53,136 nt of DNA from Polaromonas sp. (lineage in GTDB: Bacteria; Pseudomonadota; Gammaproteobacteria; Burkholderiales; Burkholderiaceae_C): positions 1 through 53,136 of the forward strand of contig JANMWH010000080.1 of the NCBI GenBank assembly GCA_031393945.1, given 5' to 3'. The notes beneath the pieces were generated by a model. That model did not search any database. It was given only the letters and a program-made list of their open reading frames with translations, and was not told where the DNA came from. The translations under genes were made by a program, and so were the position numbers. The stretch's first letter is position 1; each line of letters opens with the position of its first letter. Below are positions 30,185 to 38,959 of this stretch, piece after piece.

Positions 30185-31747
30185 CTACTTTTTGAACAAG
30201 TCATCAATCTTCTTTTGCTCATCAGCGGCTGCCTTGTCTGCAGCTTTGTCCGCCGCCTCGCCAGTAACGGGCTCTGTGGCAATCGGCACTGCAACTTCAC
30301 CCGGCTTAAGAACGGCTGCTTGCGCAGCTTCTTCAGCTGGCATTTCTATTTTGACTTTGTCGATGTCCACCACTACTTCTTTGTCCAAAAACATTGTTAC
30401 AGATTCAGGCACAAAAATAACCACGGCCACTAACAGCACTTGCATGCACACCCACGGGATAGCACCCAGGTAAATGTCATTGGACTTTACTGCCTCGGGA
30501 ATTCGTTTGTCTTTGAAAAGAGTGTCTGCAATGCCTCTTAAGTAAAACAGCGCAAAACCAAAGGGCGGGTGCATAAAGCTGGTTTGCAGGTTCACGCACA
30601 GCAACACGCCAAACCAGATCAGGTTGATGCCCATCTTGTCTGCCACGGGCGCCAGCATCGGCACAATGATGAAAGCGATTTCAAAGAAGTCCAGAAAAAA
30701 CGCCAGAAAAAACACGAACACGTTAACGACAATCAAAAACCCGGTCACGCCCCCTGGCAAACCGGTCAGCAGGTGTTCCACCCACTTGGCACCGTCAACC
30801 CCTTGGAACACCTGGCTAAATACCCGCGAGCCAATCAAAATAAACACAACCATGGCGGTCAGGCGCATGGTGCCTGTCATGGCCTCCCACAGCAGTGCAA
30901 CGGACAGCCGCTTGGAGATCGCTGCCAATATCAATGCGCCCACTACGCCCATTGCGCCAGCCTCTGTGGGTGTAGCGATCGCGGAGTCTTGAAAAGGCAG
31001 CCCGCCCATCGAGCCAAGCACGGTAAAAATCAAAATCGCTGACGGCACAATTCCGCGCAGGCATTTCTTCCACAGTGCCCAGCCGTTCAAGGTGCGCTCG
31101 GACGCCGGAATGGCCGGCAGGTAATCAGGCTTGATGCGGGTCAGCATGAAGGTGTACAGCGCAAACATGGCCACTTGCAGCAACGATGGCCCCCACGCGC
31201 CTTTGTACATGTCACCCACTGGGCGGCCCAGTTGGTCAGCCAACACGACCAGCACCAATGACGGCGGCACCAACTGCGTGATGGTGCCCGATGCCGCCAA
31301 CACGCCTGTGGCATAGCGCATGTTGTAGTTGTACTTCATCATGACCGGCAGAGAGATCAATGCCATGGCAATGACTTGGCCAGCAACAGTGCCCGTGATG
31401 GCACCCAAAATAAAACCAACGATGATCACTGAATACCCAATGCCGCCACGCGCTGGGCCGAACAATTGGCCCATTGAATCGAGCATGTCTTCAGCCAAAC
31501 CGCATTTTTCAAGAATCGTACCCATGAAGGTGAAAAACGGAATCGCCAACAACAACTCGTTGCTCAAAATTGAAAAAATGGAGATCGGTAAATTGCCCAT
31601 GAACGCGGCAGGAAACCAGCCCATCTGAATTGCAAAAAACCCACTCACCAGCCCCAACGCCGACAGGGAAAAAGCCACAGGGAAACCGATCAACATGATG
31701 ATCACTAGCCCGGCGAACATCACCGGGGCGAAATTTTCCATTTGCAT
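30185..31747 (-). CDS. dctM: TRAP transporter large permease
   Basis: GFPVAFSL, LLAIPFF, ASGTITQLVPPS, TPTEAG, PPFGFALFYL. Confidence 0.94.
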   Translation of the reverse strand: MQMENFAPVMFAGLVIIMLIGFPVAFSLSALGLVSGFFAIQMGWFPAAFMGNLPISIFSILSNELLLAIPFFTFMGTILEKCGLAEDMLDSMGQLFGPARGGIGYSVIIVGFILGAITGTVAGQVIAMALISLPVMMKYNYNMRYATGVLAASGTITQLVPPSLVLVVLADQLGRPVGDMYKGAWGPSLLQVAMFALYTFMLTRIKPDYLPAIPASERTLNGWALWKKCLRGIVPSAILIFTVLGSMGGLPFQDSAIATPTEAGAMGVVGALILAAISKRLSVALLWEAMTGTMRLTAMVVFILIGSRVFSQVFQGVDGAKWVEHLLTGLPGGVTGFLIVVNVFVFFLAFFLDFFEIAFIIVPMLAPVADKMGINLIWFGVLLCVNLQTSFMHPPFGFALFYLRGIADTLFKDKRIPEAVKSNDIYLGAIPWVCMQVLLVAVVIFVPESVTMFLDKEVVVDIDKVKIEMPAEEAAQAAVLKPGEVAVPIATEPVTGEAADKAADKAAADEQKKIDDLFKK

Positions 31748-31803
31748 TTTTTAAATCCAGAATTTATCGTTTGGAGGCGAATGTCAAGCGTTGCGCCAAG
31801 GCA

Positions 31804-32343
31804 CTACTGCAACGGCTTTTCGTAATGCGTGGACATCTCGTATTTGCCCTGCAAGAAGGCGACGCGCTTGATGATTTCCGCACAGCCTTGAATCCACATC
31901 ATGGCAAAACCAAGCGGAAGCGCCAACACGGCGGGCCAGCGAATAAGACCGCCGGCGTTTTGCGACATTTCGCCGGAGACCAGCGCTTTGATGAAGTAGG
32001 GGTAGGACAGGTAAGTCAACATGCCAATGACGGGCAGCAAGAAAAACGCCAAGCCAAACAGGTCAACATACACCGGGCCGTTGCCTTTTAACTTGCCGTA
32101 TATCAAGTCGACCCGAACGTGCTCATTGAGCTTTAACACGACAGGCGCGCCAATCATCACGATGTAGGCGAACAAGTACCACTGAATTTCAATAAAAGAG
32201 TTGGAGCTCCAGTCGAAGCCGTAACGTATAAAAGCGTTTGCTGCGCAAATCATGGCAGCAAAAAAAACTGCCCATGACGCGATTTTTCCAAGTTGCTCGG
32301 AAAGCCAGTCGGAAAGAAGTGCAAATTTTAGGAGTGCTGACAC
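31804..32343 (-). CDS. dctQ: TRAP transporter small permease
   Basis: EIQWYLF, EHVRVDL, GGLIRWP; GTG at 32343 with upstream GGAG. Confidence 0.9.
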   Translation of the reverse strand: MSALLKFALLSDWLSEQLGKIASWAVFFAAMICAANAFIRYGFDWSSNSFIEIQWYLFAYIVMIGAPVVLKLNEHVRVDLIYGKLKGNGPVYVDLFGLAFFLLPVIGMLTYLSYPYFIKALVSGEMSQNAGGLIRWPAVLALPLGFAMMWIQGCAEIIKRVAFLQGKYEMSTHYEKPLQ

Positions 32344-32490
32344 GAGGGTCTCCGGGAAAAATGGCAGTTGAAATGGGCGCGATCTATGCAAACCCTAGCC
32401 CTACGATCGTACCCGTTGGTCCTACAGGAGCACTGAATTAATCCTGACAAATAAGGGCAGGGTATTCCCGTGTTCAGGCACTGCACGCCA

Positions 32491-33555
32491 CTAGTAAACG
32501 CTCACGCCATTGCCGGCTCGCACTTCACCAATCTCGCAGGCGTCCGGAAATCCTTGCGTATGAAAAATCTCCAGCACCTGCGCGGCCACATCGGGCGAGC
32601 ACGATACCAGCAAGCCACCAGACGTTTGCGGGTCGCTGAGCAGCGCTTTGTCTTCTTCTGCAAAAACGGCTGGCAAGGCAACTTCGGCGCCGTAGCTTTC
32701 CCAGTTGCGGCCCGATGCGCCCGTTACGCAGCCCTGCGCGGCCAACTCGCGCACCCCATCAATTAATGGCATGCGTGACCAGTCCAGGCGGATTTGCACC
32801 TTCGCGCCGCGTGCCAGCTCAAGCGTGTGCCCCGCCAGCCCAAAACCGGTGATGTCGGTCAGCGCATGCACGCCGTCAAGCGCGGCCAGCGCAATGCCGG
32901 GTTTGTTGAGCTGCGTGGTTATTTCTACCATTTTGGCGTAGCCCGCTGGCGGCAACATTTCTTTTTTCAGCGCGGCTGACAAAACGCCAACGCCCAAAGG
33001 CTTGCTCATAATCAGTACATCGCCCACTTTTGCACCAGAATTTTTTTTCACACGCGACGGGTGCACGAGTCCCAGCACCACCAAGCCATAAATGGGCTCG
33101 ACAGAATCAATCGTGTGCCCGCCTGCAATTGGTATGCCTGCGTCGCGGCACACGTCTTGACCGCCGCGCAAAATAGCGCCTATGGTTTCCAGCGGCAGCA
33201 CATTGATGGGCATGCCCACCAAGCCAAGCGCAAAAATCGGCGTGCCGCCCATGGCGTACACATCGCTGATGGCGTTGGTTTCGGCAATGCGGCCAAAGTC
33301 ATACGGGTCGTCAACGATGGGCATGAAAAAGTCGGTGGTCGCAATCAACGCCTGATTTTCATTAAGCAGGTAAACCGCAGCGTCGTCGGCAGTTTCAATG
33401 CCTACCAGCAACTCCGGCGGAATAGGGAGGTTGCTGGAGTTTTTCAAAATCTCGCTCAACACGCCCGGCGCAATTTTGCAACCGCAACCGCCGCCATGAG
33501 ACAAGCTGGTCAGTTTGGGGGCAATCAAGGGTGATAGTTTTTCGGGGGCGTTCAT
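32491..33555 (-). CDS. selD: Selenide, water dikinase (selenophosphate synthetase; SenC role), Cys-type
   Basis: HGGGCGCK, DDAAVY, TTDFFMP, GGHTID, TDITGFGLAGH, DPQTSGGLL; ATG at 33555. Confidence 0.95.
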   Translation of the reverse strand: MNAPEKLSPLIAPKLTSLSHGGGCGCKIAPGVLSEILKNSSNLPIPPELLVGIETADDAAVYLLNENQALIATTDFFMPIVDDPYDFGRIAETNAISDVYAMGGTPIFALGLVGMPINVLPLETIGAILRGGQDVCRDAGIPIAGGHTIDSVEPIYGLVVLGLVHPSRVKKNSGAKVGDVLIMSKPLGVGVLSAALKKEMLPPAGYAKMVEITTQLNKPGIALAALDGVHALTDITGFGLAGHTLELARGAKVQIRLDWSRMPLIDGVRELAAQGCVTGASGRNWESYGAEVALPAVFAEEDKALLSDPQTSGGLLVSCSPDVAAQVLEIFHTQGFPDACEIGEVRAGNGVSVY

Positions 33556-33578
33556 CGGGTGCTTTCTAAAGGAGGCAA

Positions 33579-34568
33579 TCAAGGCTGGGCAGTGTGATCG
33601 GGCGTGTCGAATATCACGGTCAGCAATTCTAAAACGAGGCGTTTTTCTTCGTCGGGCGCAAACAAGCTTGCCCTGCGCTGGCATTGGCTTTGCAGCTGGT
33701 TGATAAACAGGGGCGAGTCGGCGCATTGGCGCAGCAGCGTGGTCAGTTGGCCCACGTCGCCCACATCAAAGTAGCCCCCGTAGTCTTGCCCCAGCATGCC
33801 GATATTGCCGCTGATGCGGGACGCCAACACGGGCGTGGCCGACTGTACAGCTTCCAAAATAACATGTGCTCCGCCTTCCATGACTGAGCTGTTGACCAGC
33901 ACATGCGCGCGTTTGATGCGCTGGCGGGTGTCGGCGCGTGCCAGGCCGCCCCACCAGCGGTAGTGCGGATTTTGCTCGGCTGTGCTGCGTGCTGCTGCGG
34001 CCAAGGCAGGGTCCAGCCCGTCGCCGATCTGGTCAAAGTAAAGCGCTGAGGTTTCGTTTGCGCGGGCCGCCGCCATGAACGTCAGCGGGTCTTTTTCGTC
34101 CCGCAGGTGGCCCACCATGATTGCCTTGAAGGTTCTGGCGGACTTTTGTGCCGGCAACAATCGCGGAGCCGATTGGAAAATGACGCGCGTTTTGTGGCGA
34201 TACTCGGGCGGTACCGCGTCTAACCCGGCGTCTTGCAGCACCACCAAATGCGAAGCGACTGCCAATGAGTGCAGTGCGTCGGCGTCGACCGCAATGTCGC
34301 GGTATAAATCGGTACCAGTGAGCACCACTACCAGCGGCTTTTTGGGGAATTTTGCGGCCCAGGCATGGATGGCCGGTGCGGAACGCCGGGCGTGCAGCGC
34401 CACCATCGCATCGCCGTTAGCCCCTGACTCGAGCGGATTGAAGTGCTGCATTACCGCAATGTCACAATGGTTTGAGGCAAAACCAGCCCAGCGGTGTGCG
34501 GTATGCCAGTTACCGTTATTGGCCAGCGCAGCAGCGGGGCTGATCAGAATAATTTTCTTGGACTGCAA
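33579..34568 (-). CDS. senB: Selenosugar synthase (GT-B glycosyltransferase) of selenoneine biosynthesis
   Basis: ANNGNWHTAHRW, ALHARRS, VLTGTDLY, GHLRDEKDP, SVMEGGAHV; adjacent to selD; TTG at 34568 with GAAGGA RBS. Confidence 0.88.
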   Translation of the reverse strand: MQSKKIILISPAAALANNGNWHTAHRWAGFASNHCDIAVMQHFNPLESGANGDAMVALHARRSAPAIHAWAAKFPKKPLVVVLTGTDLYRDIAVDADALHSLAVASHLVVLQDAGLDAVPPEYRHKTRVIFQSAPRLLPAQKSARTFKAIMVGHLRDEKDPLTFMAAARANETSALYFDQIGDGLDPALAAAARSTAEQNPHYRWWGGLARADTRQRIKRAHVLVNSSVMEGGAHVILEAVQSATPVLASRISGNIGMLGQDYGGYFDVGDVGQLTTLLRQCADSPLFINQLQSQCQRRASLFAPDEEKRLVLELLTVIFDTPDHTAQP

Positions 34569-34582
34569 GCGTGAATCCTTCG

Positions 34583-35878
34583 ATGTCGTTTTCATCAGCA
34601 ACCACTACCGCCGCGCAGATTGATTCGCCGCTGATGCGAAGCGCGGGCAAAGAGTTGTTGTCGGTAGCGCTGATGGACGCCCGCAATCATACGCTGCACC
34701 TTTTTGCGCAATACCAGCAAGCGCTGGGCAGCACAGGCTACCGCGTGCCCGAGCTCGCCAGCGTGAACCCGCCGCTTTGGGAGCTGGGCCACGTGGGTTG
34801 GTTTCAGGAGTGGTGGATTGCCCGCAACCTGCAGCGCGCCAAAGGCCAGCGCTGCGAACCCGACCATGCGCGCCTGGCATCGATTGAGCCCAACGCAGAC
34901 CGCTGGTGGGACTCTACCCGTGTGGCGCATGGCACGCGTTGGGCGCTTGATTTGCCCGATGCCGACAACATTCGTGCGTATTTGCTCGACACACTAGAAA
35001 GCACGCTCGAACTGCTGCAAAAGGCCGACAGCGACGACGACTCGCTGTATTTTTACCGGCTGTGTTTGTTTCATGAAGACATGCATGCCGAAGCGCTGGT
35101 ACACATGGCGCAAACGCTCGGTTTGCCGCTTGAAGCGTCCATGCGGCGTGCCTTTTCGCCAGCCTTGGTAGCGCTCAGAGAGCCCCTGCTGATACCCGCC
35201 TGCAATTGGCAGCTGGGCAGCGCTGCGGCGAGCGGTTTCGCCTTCGACAACGAAATGCCGCAGCACAGTGTGCCCGTGCCTGAGTTTGAAATTGACGCGC
35301 AGCCCGTTACTTGGGCGCAGTTTGTTGAATTTGTAGACGATGGCGGCTACGACCGCGCCGAGCTGTGGCACCCTGATGGCTGGCAATGGTTGCAGCAACA
35401 AAACAGCGGTGAGTCTGGCGCTCAATTTAGTACTGATGGCAGGCGCGGCCCCCGTTATGTAGAGCAGATTGGCGTGGCCAGCGGCGCGGTGGTGCAAACC
35501 CGTTTTGGCAGCCCGACCCGCATGCAGGGCAGTCAGGCGGCTCTGCACGTCAATTGGTATGAAGCCGATGCCTGGTGCCGCTGGGCGGGGCGCCGCCTGC
35601 CGTTTGAAGCCGAGTGGGAAGTTGCGGCCCACACCGCATCAAGGCGCGGATTCAGTTGGGGCGATGTTTGGGAGTGGACCGGCACTACCTTCAGGAGTTT
35701 TGACGGCTTTGAAAGCGGCCCGTACCTCGACTATTCGCAGCCCTGGTTTGGCACCCACAAAGTGCTGCGCGGCGCGTCGTTTGCCACCCGCGCTCGCATG
35801 AAAAGCCCCAAGTACCGCAACTTTTACCTGCCCGAGCGCGACGACATGTTTTGCGGTTTTCGGTCGTGTGCGTTGTAG
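34583..35878 (+). CDS. senA: Selenoneine synthase (EgtB-like non-heme iron enzyme: DinB plus FGE-sulfatase domains)
   Basis: NPPLWELGH.GWFQE, FHEDMHAE (HxxxHxE), RLPFEAEWE, VLRGASF, GFRSC; clustered with senB and selD. Confidence 0.85.
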   Translation: MSFSSATTTAAQIDSPLMRSAGKELLSVALMDARNHTLHLFAQYQQALGSTGYRVPELASVNPPLWELGHVGWFQEWWIARNLQRAKGQRCEPDHARLASIEPNADRWWDSTRVAHGTRWALDLPDADNIRAYLLDTLESTLELLQKADSDDDSLYFYRLCLFHEDMHAEALVHMAQTLGLPLEASMRRAFSPALVALREPLLIPACNWQLGSAAASGFAFDNEMPQHSVPVPEFEIDAQPVTWAQFVEFVDDGGYDRAELWHPDGWQWLQQQNSGESGAQFSTDGRRGPRYVEQIGVASGAVVQTRFGSPTRMQGSQAALHVNWYEADAWCRWAGRRLPFEAEWEVAAHTASRRGFSWGDVWEWTGTTFRSFDGFESGPYLDYSQPWFGTHKVLRGASFATRARMKSPKYRNFYLPERDDMFCGFRSCAL

Positions 35879-35887
35879 TCCGGCATA

Positions 35888-35937
35888 CGCTATTTAATTT
35901 ATAGCTGCTTTCGCCTGTATTTATTGGGCTATGGGCT
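35888..35937 (-). repeat. Dispersed 50-bp motif, copy 5 (after senA)
   Basis: Reverse complement agcccatagccc-aataaatac-aggc-gaaagca-gctat-aaattaa-atagc-g. Confidence 0.88.
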
Positions 35938-36169
35938 GAAGCTATTGTTGTTTTCAGCCGCCGCGGTCGCTTTGCGCTCTTCAAGCAGCCTTATGATTCC
36001 AGCGACGCGCACGCTGCGTTGAGCGGCATGAATTTGCGGCCTTGAAAAGATACACCGCGCGGTGCCGCCGCCCGGGAAACTGCTGGCCTTAGTAGGCCAT
36101 ACACCTTTGACACAACGCGGTAGTGAGATGTCCGTACACTGCATCGGTGTCAATCTAGTAGAAGCCTTT

Positions 36170-38101
36170 ATGACTTTCTTTTTTAACGCATCCAGCCTTA
36201 AACGGCTGTGTCTTTTAGCAGCTTCAGCTGCCTTGGTGTCTTGCGGCGGCGGGGGTGGCGGCGCAGGCGCTGGTGCGGCTTTTTCGGGGGGTGCCAGTTC
36301 CCCGCCTCTGTCTGACCTTCGAATCACTGAAGTGTCGGCAAAAGCCAGCGCTGCGGGTGCTGAGGGCGGGTGGTTTGAGGTGTACAACCCCACCGCGGCG
36401 CCGATTCAGCTCGCTGATTATTCGTTGACCAGTACCGCTTTCGATTCAGCCGTCGGCTTAACGTCTGGAGCGTTCACGCTACCTGCTGCCACGATTGCGC
36501 CAGGTGGGTTCGTGGTGTTGGCATCCAAAGTGGTCACTTTTTTACCTGACGGGCCGCAACTCAAGTACATCGGTTCGCCGTCTTTGTTCCCTAGCTGGGC
36601 TGATTCGGGTTTTTTAGAGATCAGGAGAACAACCACTTCTGAAGCAGTTGATTCTGTTCGCTTTGGCGGCAGTTCCATAACGCCGGGTTTTTTCACCGAC
36701 TGGACTGGTGCCGCGGCAACGGCTTTGCCTATTGGTGCTGCAGCCTACGGCAAGTCCCTAGTGCGCCTGGCAGCTGGTGGTTACGCCGACACCAACACGG
36801 CCGCTGACTGGGTCGTAGTGAATTTCAGCACGCCTGGCGGTGCGAACGATGTCGCGCCCGGCGTGCTTGACGCCGATGGCGATGGCGTACCCAGTTCGGC
36901 CAAAGTAGCTGGCGGCACCTACGGCGGTATGGATTTGTACGCCATGGGCGCAAGAGCCGGTCAGCGAGATGTTTTTCTTGAAATCAATGTCATGGATCAA
37001 GCAGGCGGCACTGCGCCGGAGGACTTGGGCTTTAAGGTACGCAAGGAAGCCTTGCAGAAAGTCGTCGACGCATTCGCGGCCAAGAACATTAAGTTGCACA
37101 TTGATGCAGGTTCGCGCTTTAGCGCCGCGTTTGACCCTGCCAATTTCAATTTGGGCGGCAGTAATGCGGCGGGCACTATTTCTTTTAAGCCGTGTACGGA
37201 TTTACCGGTTTCTGGAGCGAGCGTTATTCGCCCTGAATGCAGCAACTTTTTTGCGCACAAAAACGCTAATCTGGATGTGCGCAGACGAGTCGTGTTTGCC
37301 TACATGTTGTTTGCCAGTTCGCAGCTGACCACTGGTGAGGCAGGCTCATCTGGTATCGCCGAAATAAATGGCAATGACGCCATGATCACCATGGGTAAAT
37401 ACGGATTCACGACAGTTGCAGCTTATGGATTCACAGGTGTGCAAAACACCCAGCAGTACATTAACATGCAAGCCAGCACGGTAATGCATGAATTCGGGCA
37501 TAACCTGGGTCTTCGACACGGCGGTTTTGAAAACGCAAATTACAAGCCCAACTATCTCAGCGTGATGAACTACATGTACCAATTGGTGGGCCTGCCCGGT
37601 GCGAGAAGCGACAGCACCGTCGGCGATCGTTATTTGCGCTACGTTTCTGGGCTGAACAACCAAACCGCGACCGGCGCCTGTGTGTTGACGAATTCTCGGT
37701 GCACCAGCACTTTCATCATCGACTATTCTGATGGGTCGAGCGCTGACTTGAGTGAAAACGCGTTGGTTGGGAGCAACCTCGTTGGCCGGGGTATTCCAGT
37801 TACGGGCTCTTTTATTAACTGGAGCGGAACCGCTACGTTTGCCTCGCCAGCGTACGGTTTTGACGTCAATCGCGACTTGGTAACGAACATAGTCAAAGAT
37901 TACAGCGACTGGGCCAACGTCAAGCTGCCATTTGTGCGCAGTGCTTCGGGCTTCAATTCTGGCGTGCTTGCAGACAGCTCCCGCGCTACGTCTTCTCTCA
38001 GCGACGCGCCTAAACGCGACGCCATGAACGATGCTGCCAGCAAAGAGTTTGTGCGTGAAGACGCGCCTAGCGCGCAGTTCTTCCGAATGCTGCGCGACTG
38101 A
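36170..38101 (+). CDS. Lipoprotein with lamin-tail-like domain and metzincin zinc-metalloprotease domain
   Basis: Lipobox LVSC plus Gly linker; LRITEV...WFEVYNPT..PIQLADYSL; DADGDG; HEFGHNLGLRH (HExxHxxGxxH); Met-turn SVMNY; ATG at 36170. Confidence 0.8.
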   Translation: MTFFFNASSLKRLCLLAASAALVSCGGGGGGAGAGAAFSGGASSPPLSDLRITEVSAKASAAGAEGGWFEVYNPTAAPIQLADYSLTSTAFDSAVGLTSGAFTLPAATIAPGGFVVLASKVVTFLPDGPQLKYIGSPSLFPSWADSGFLEIRRTTTSEAVDSVRFGGSSITPGFFTDWTGAAATALPIGAAAYGKSLVRLAAGGYADTNTAADWVVVNFSTPGGANDVAPGVLDADGDGVPSSAKVAGGTYGGMDLYAMGARAGQRDVFLEINVMDQAGGTAPEDLGFKVRKEALQKVVDAFAAKNIKLHIDAGSRFSAAFDPANFNLGGSNAAGTISFKPCTDLPVSGASVIRPECSNFFAHKNANLDVRRRVVFAYMLFASSQLTTGEAGSSGIAEINGNDAMITMGKYGFTTVAAYGFTGVQNTQQYINMQASTVMHEFGHNLGLRHGGFENANYKPNYLSVMNYMYQLVGLPGARSDSTVGDRYLRYVSGLNNQTATGACVLTNSRCTSTFIIDYSDGSSADLSENALVGSNLVGRGIPVTGSFINWSGTATFASPAYGFDVNRDLVTNIVKDYSDWANVKLPFVRSASGFNSGVLADSSRATSSLSDAPKRDAMNDAASKEFVREDAPSAQFFRMLRD

Positions 38102-38134
38102 CCGCCGCCAGCCTTCAACACACCGGCATAAGCA

Positions 38135-38821
38135 ATGACTTTTGCACCCTCCATGCTCCGTACTTGCTTGCGGGTAGCGGTAGTTACCGGGTTGTTGACC
38201 GGGGCGGCAGCGGCCAGTGCTCAGCCGGTGCCAGCGACCAATGGCAGCCTGACGGTGCGCGGCACTGCCCAGTTTGGCGCTGAGGCGCCGGTGCAGTGGT
38301 CAATCAAGTCGGCTCAGGTAGCGGGCGGCACGCTCACTATGCAATTGATAGATGCCAGCGGCGCAGACAAAGGCGACTTTAGCGTCAGCCCCTGGCCGTA
38401 CCGTAAGCACCTGCACGGGGGTTTGGCGTTGGGCTTGACCACACACCGCATCAAACCGGGTGCAGTCAAAGTCACTGCAAGCAGCACGCTGCAGCCTTTT
38501 GGCCCGGTGCAGCGGCTGGTGGTGCAGCCCTCCGCCGCAAAGCTGCCAACGATGATGGTGCAAACACGCGCGCAGTCGGGGCAATTGGTGGTGGCTGGCT
38601 GGCGTTCTGTGTATAAAGGCAACCGCTGGGAGTTTCAGCGCACTTTGCCGAGCGACTCGCCTGCGGCTGAACCTTTGAAGGCCCTCGTGCCGCAGCGTTT
38701 GCGCAGCCAAGGGCAAAGCTGGTGTGTCACGTCGTGGGCACGCGCTGAGAATCAAGAGTCTCCACCGCTGCTGGATTGGGTTGCCGTGGTAACGCCCGCT
38801 AAACGACGCTGCCCGGTTTAG
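38135..38821 (+). CDS. Hypothetical secreted protein
   Basis: 228-aa ORF with signal peptide (…AAASA-Q), co-oriented with the protease gene. Confidence 0.6.
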   Translation: MTFAPSMLRTCLRVAVVTGLLTGAAAASAQPVPATNGSLTVRGTAQFGAEAPVQWSIKSAQVAGGTLTMQLIDASGADKGDFSVSPWPYRKHLHGGLALGLTTHRIKPGAVKVTASSTLQPFGPVQRLVVQPSAAKLPTMMVQTRAQSGQLVVAGWRSVYKGNRWEFQRTLPSDSPAAEPLKALVPQRLRSQGQSWCVTSWARAENQESPPLLDWVAVVTPAKRRCPV

Positions 38822-38858
38822 CTTTCACCCGCCGGGCCCAGCGGCGTGGCTTCCTATT

Positions 38859-38908
38859 TGCTTCTTTTTTTATAGCTAATCGCGCCCGTATTTATTGGGC
38901 TACGGGCT
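38859..38908 (-). repeat. Dispersed 50-bp motif, copy 6 (before the 3' end of the degQ-like gene)
   Basis: Reverse complement agcccgtagccc-aataaatac-gggc-gcgatta-gctat-aaaaaaa-gaagc-a. Confidence 0.88.
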
Positions 38909-38959
38909 AATAAGTACGTGTTTTTCAGGTCAAATCAGGCTGTTTTGGGCTGTTTTGCA

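Noticed and set aside
32491-33555. Selenocysteine recoding in selD
   Set aside because: Active-site motif is Cys-encoded (GCGCK) with no in-frame TGA
35940-36169. Possible riboswitch upstream of the protease gene
   Set aside because: No recognisable aptamer consensus by eye; an Rfam scan would be needed
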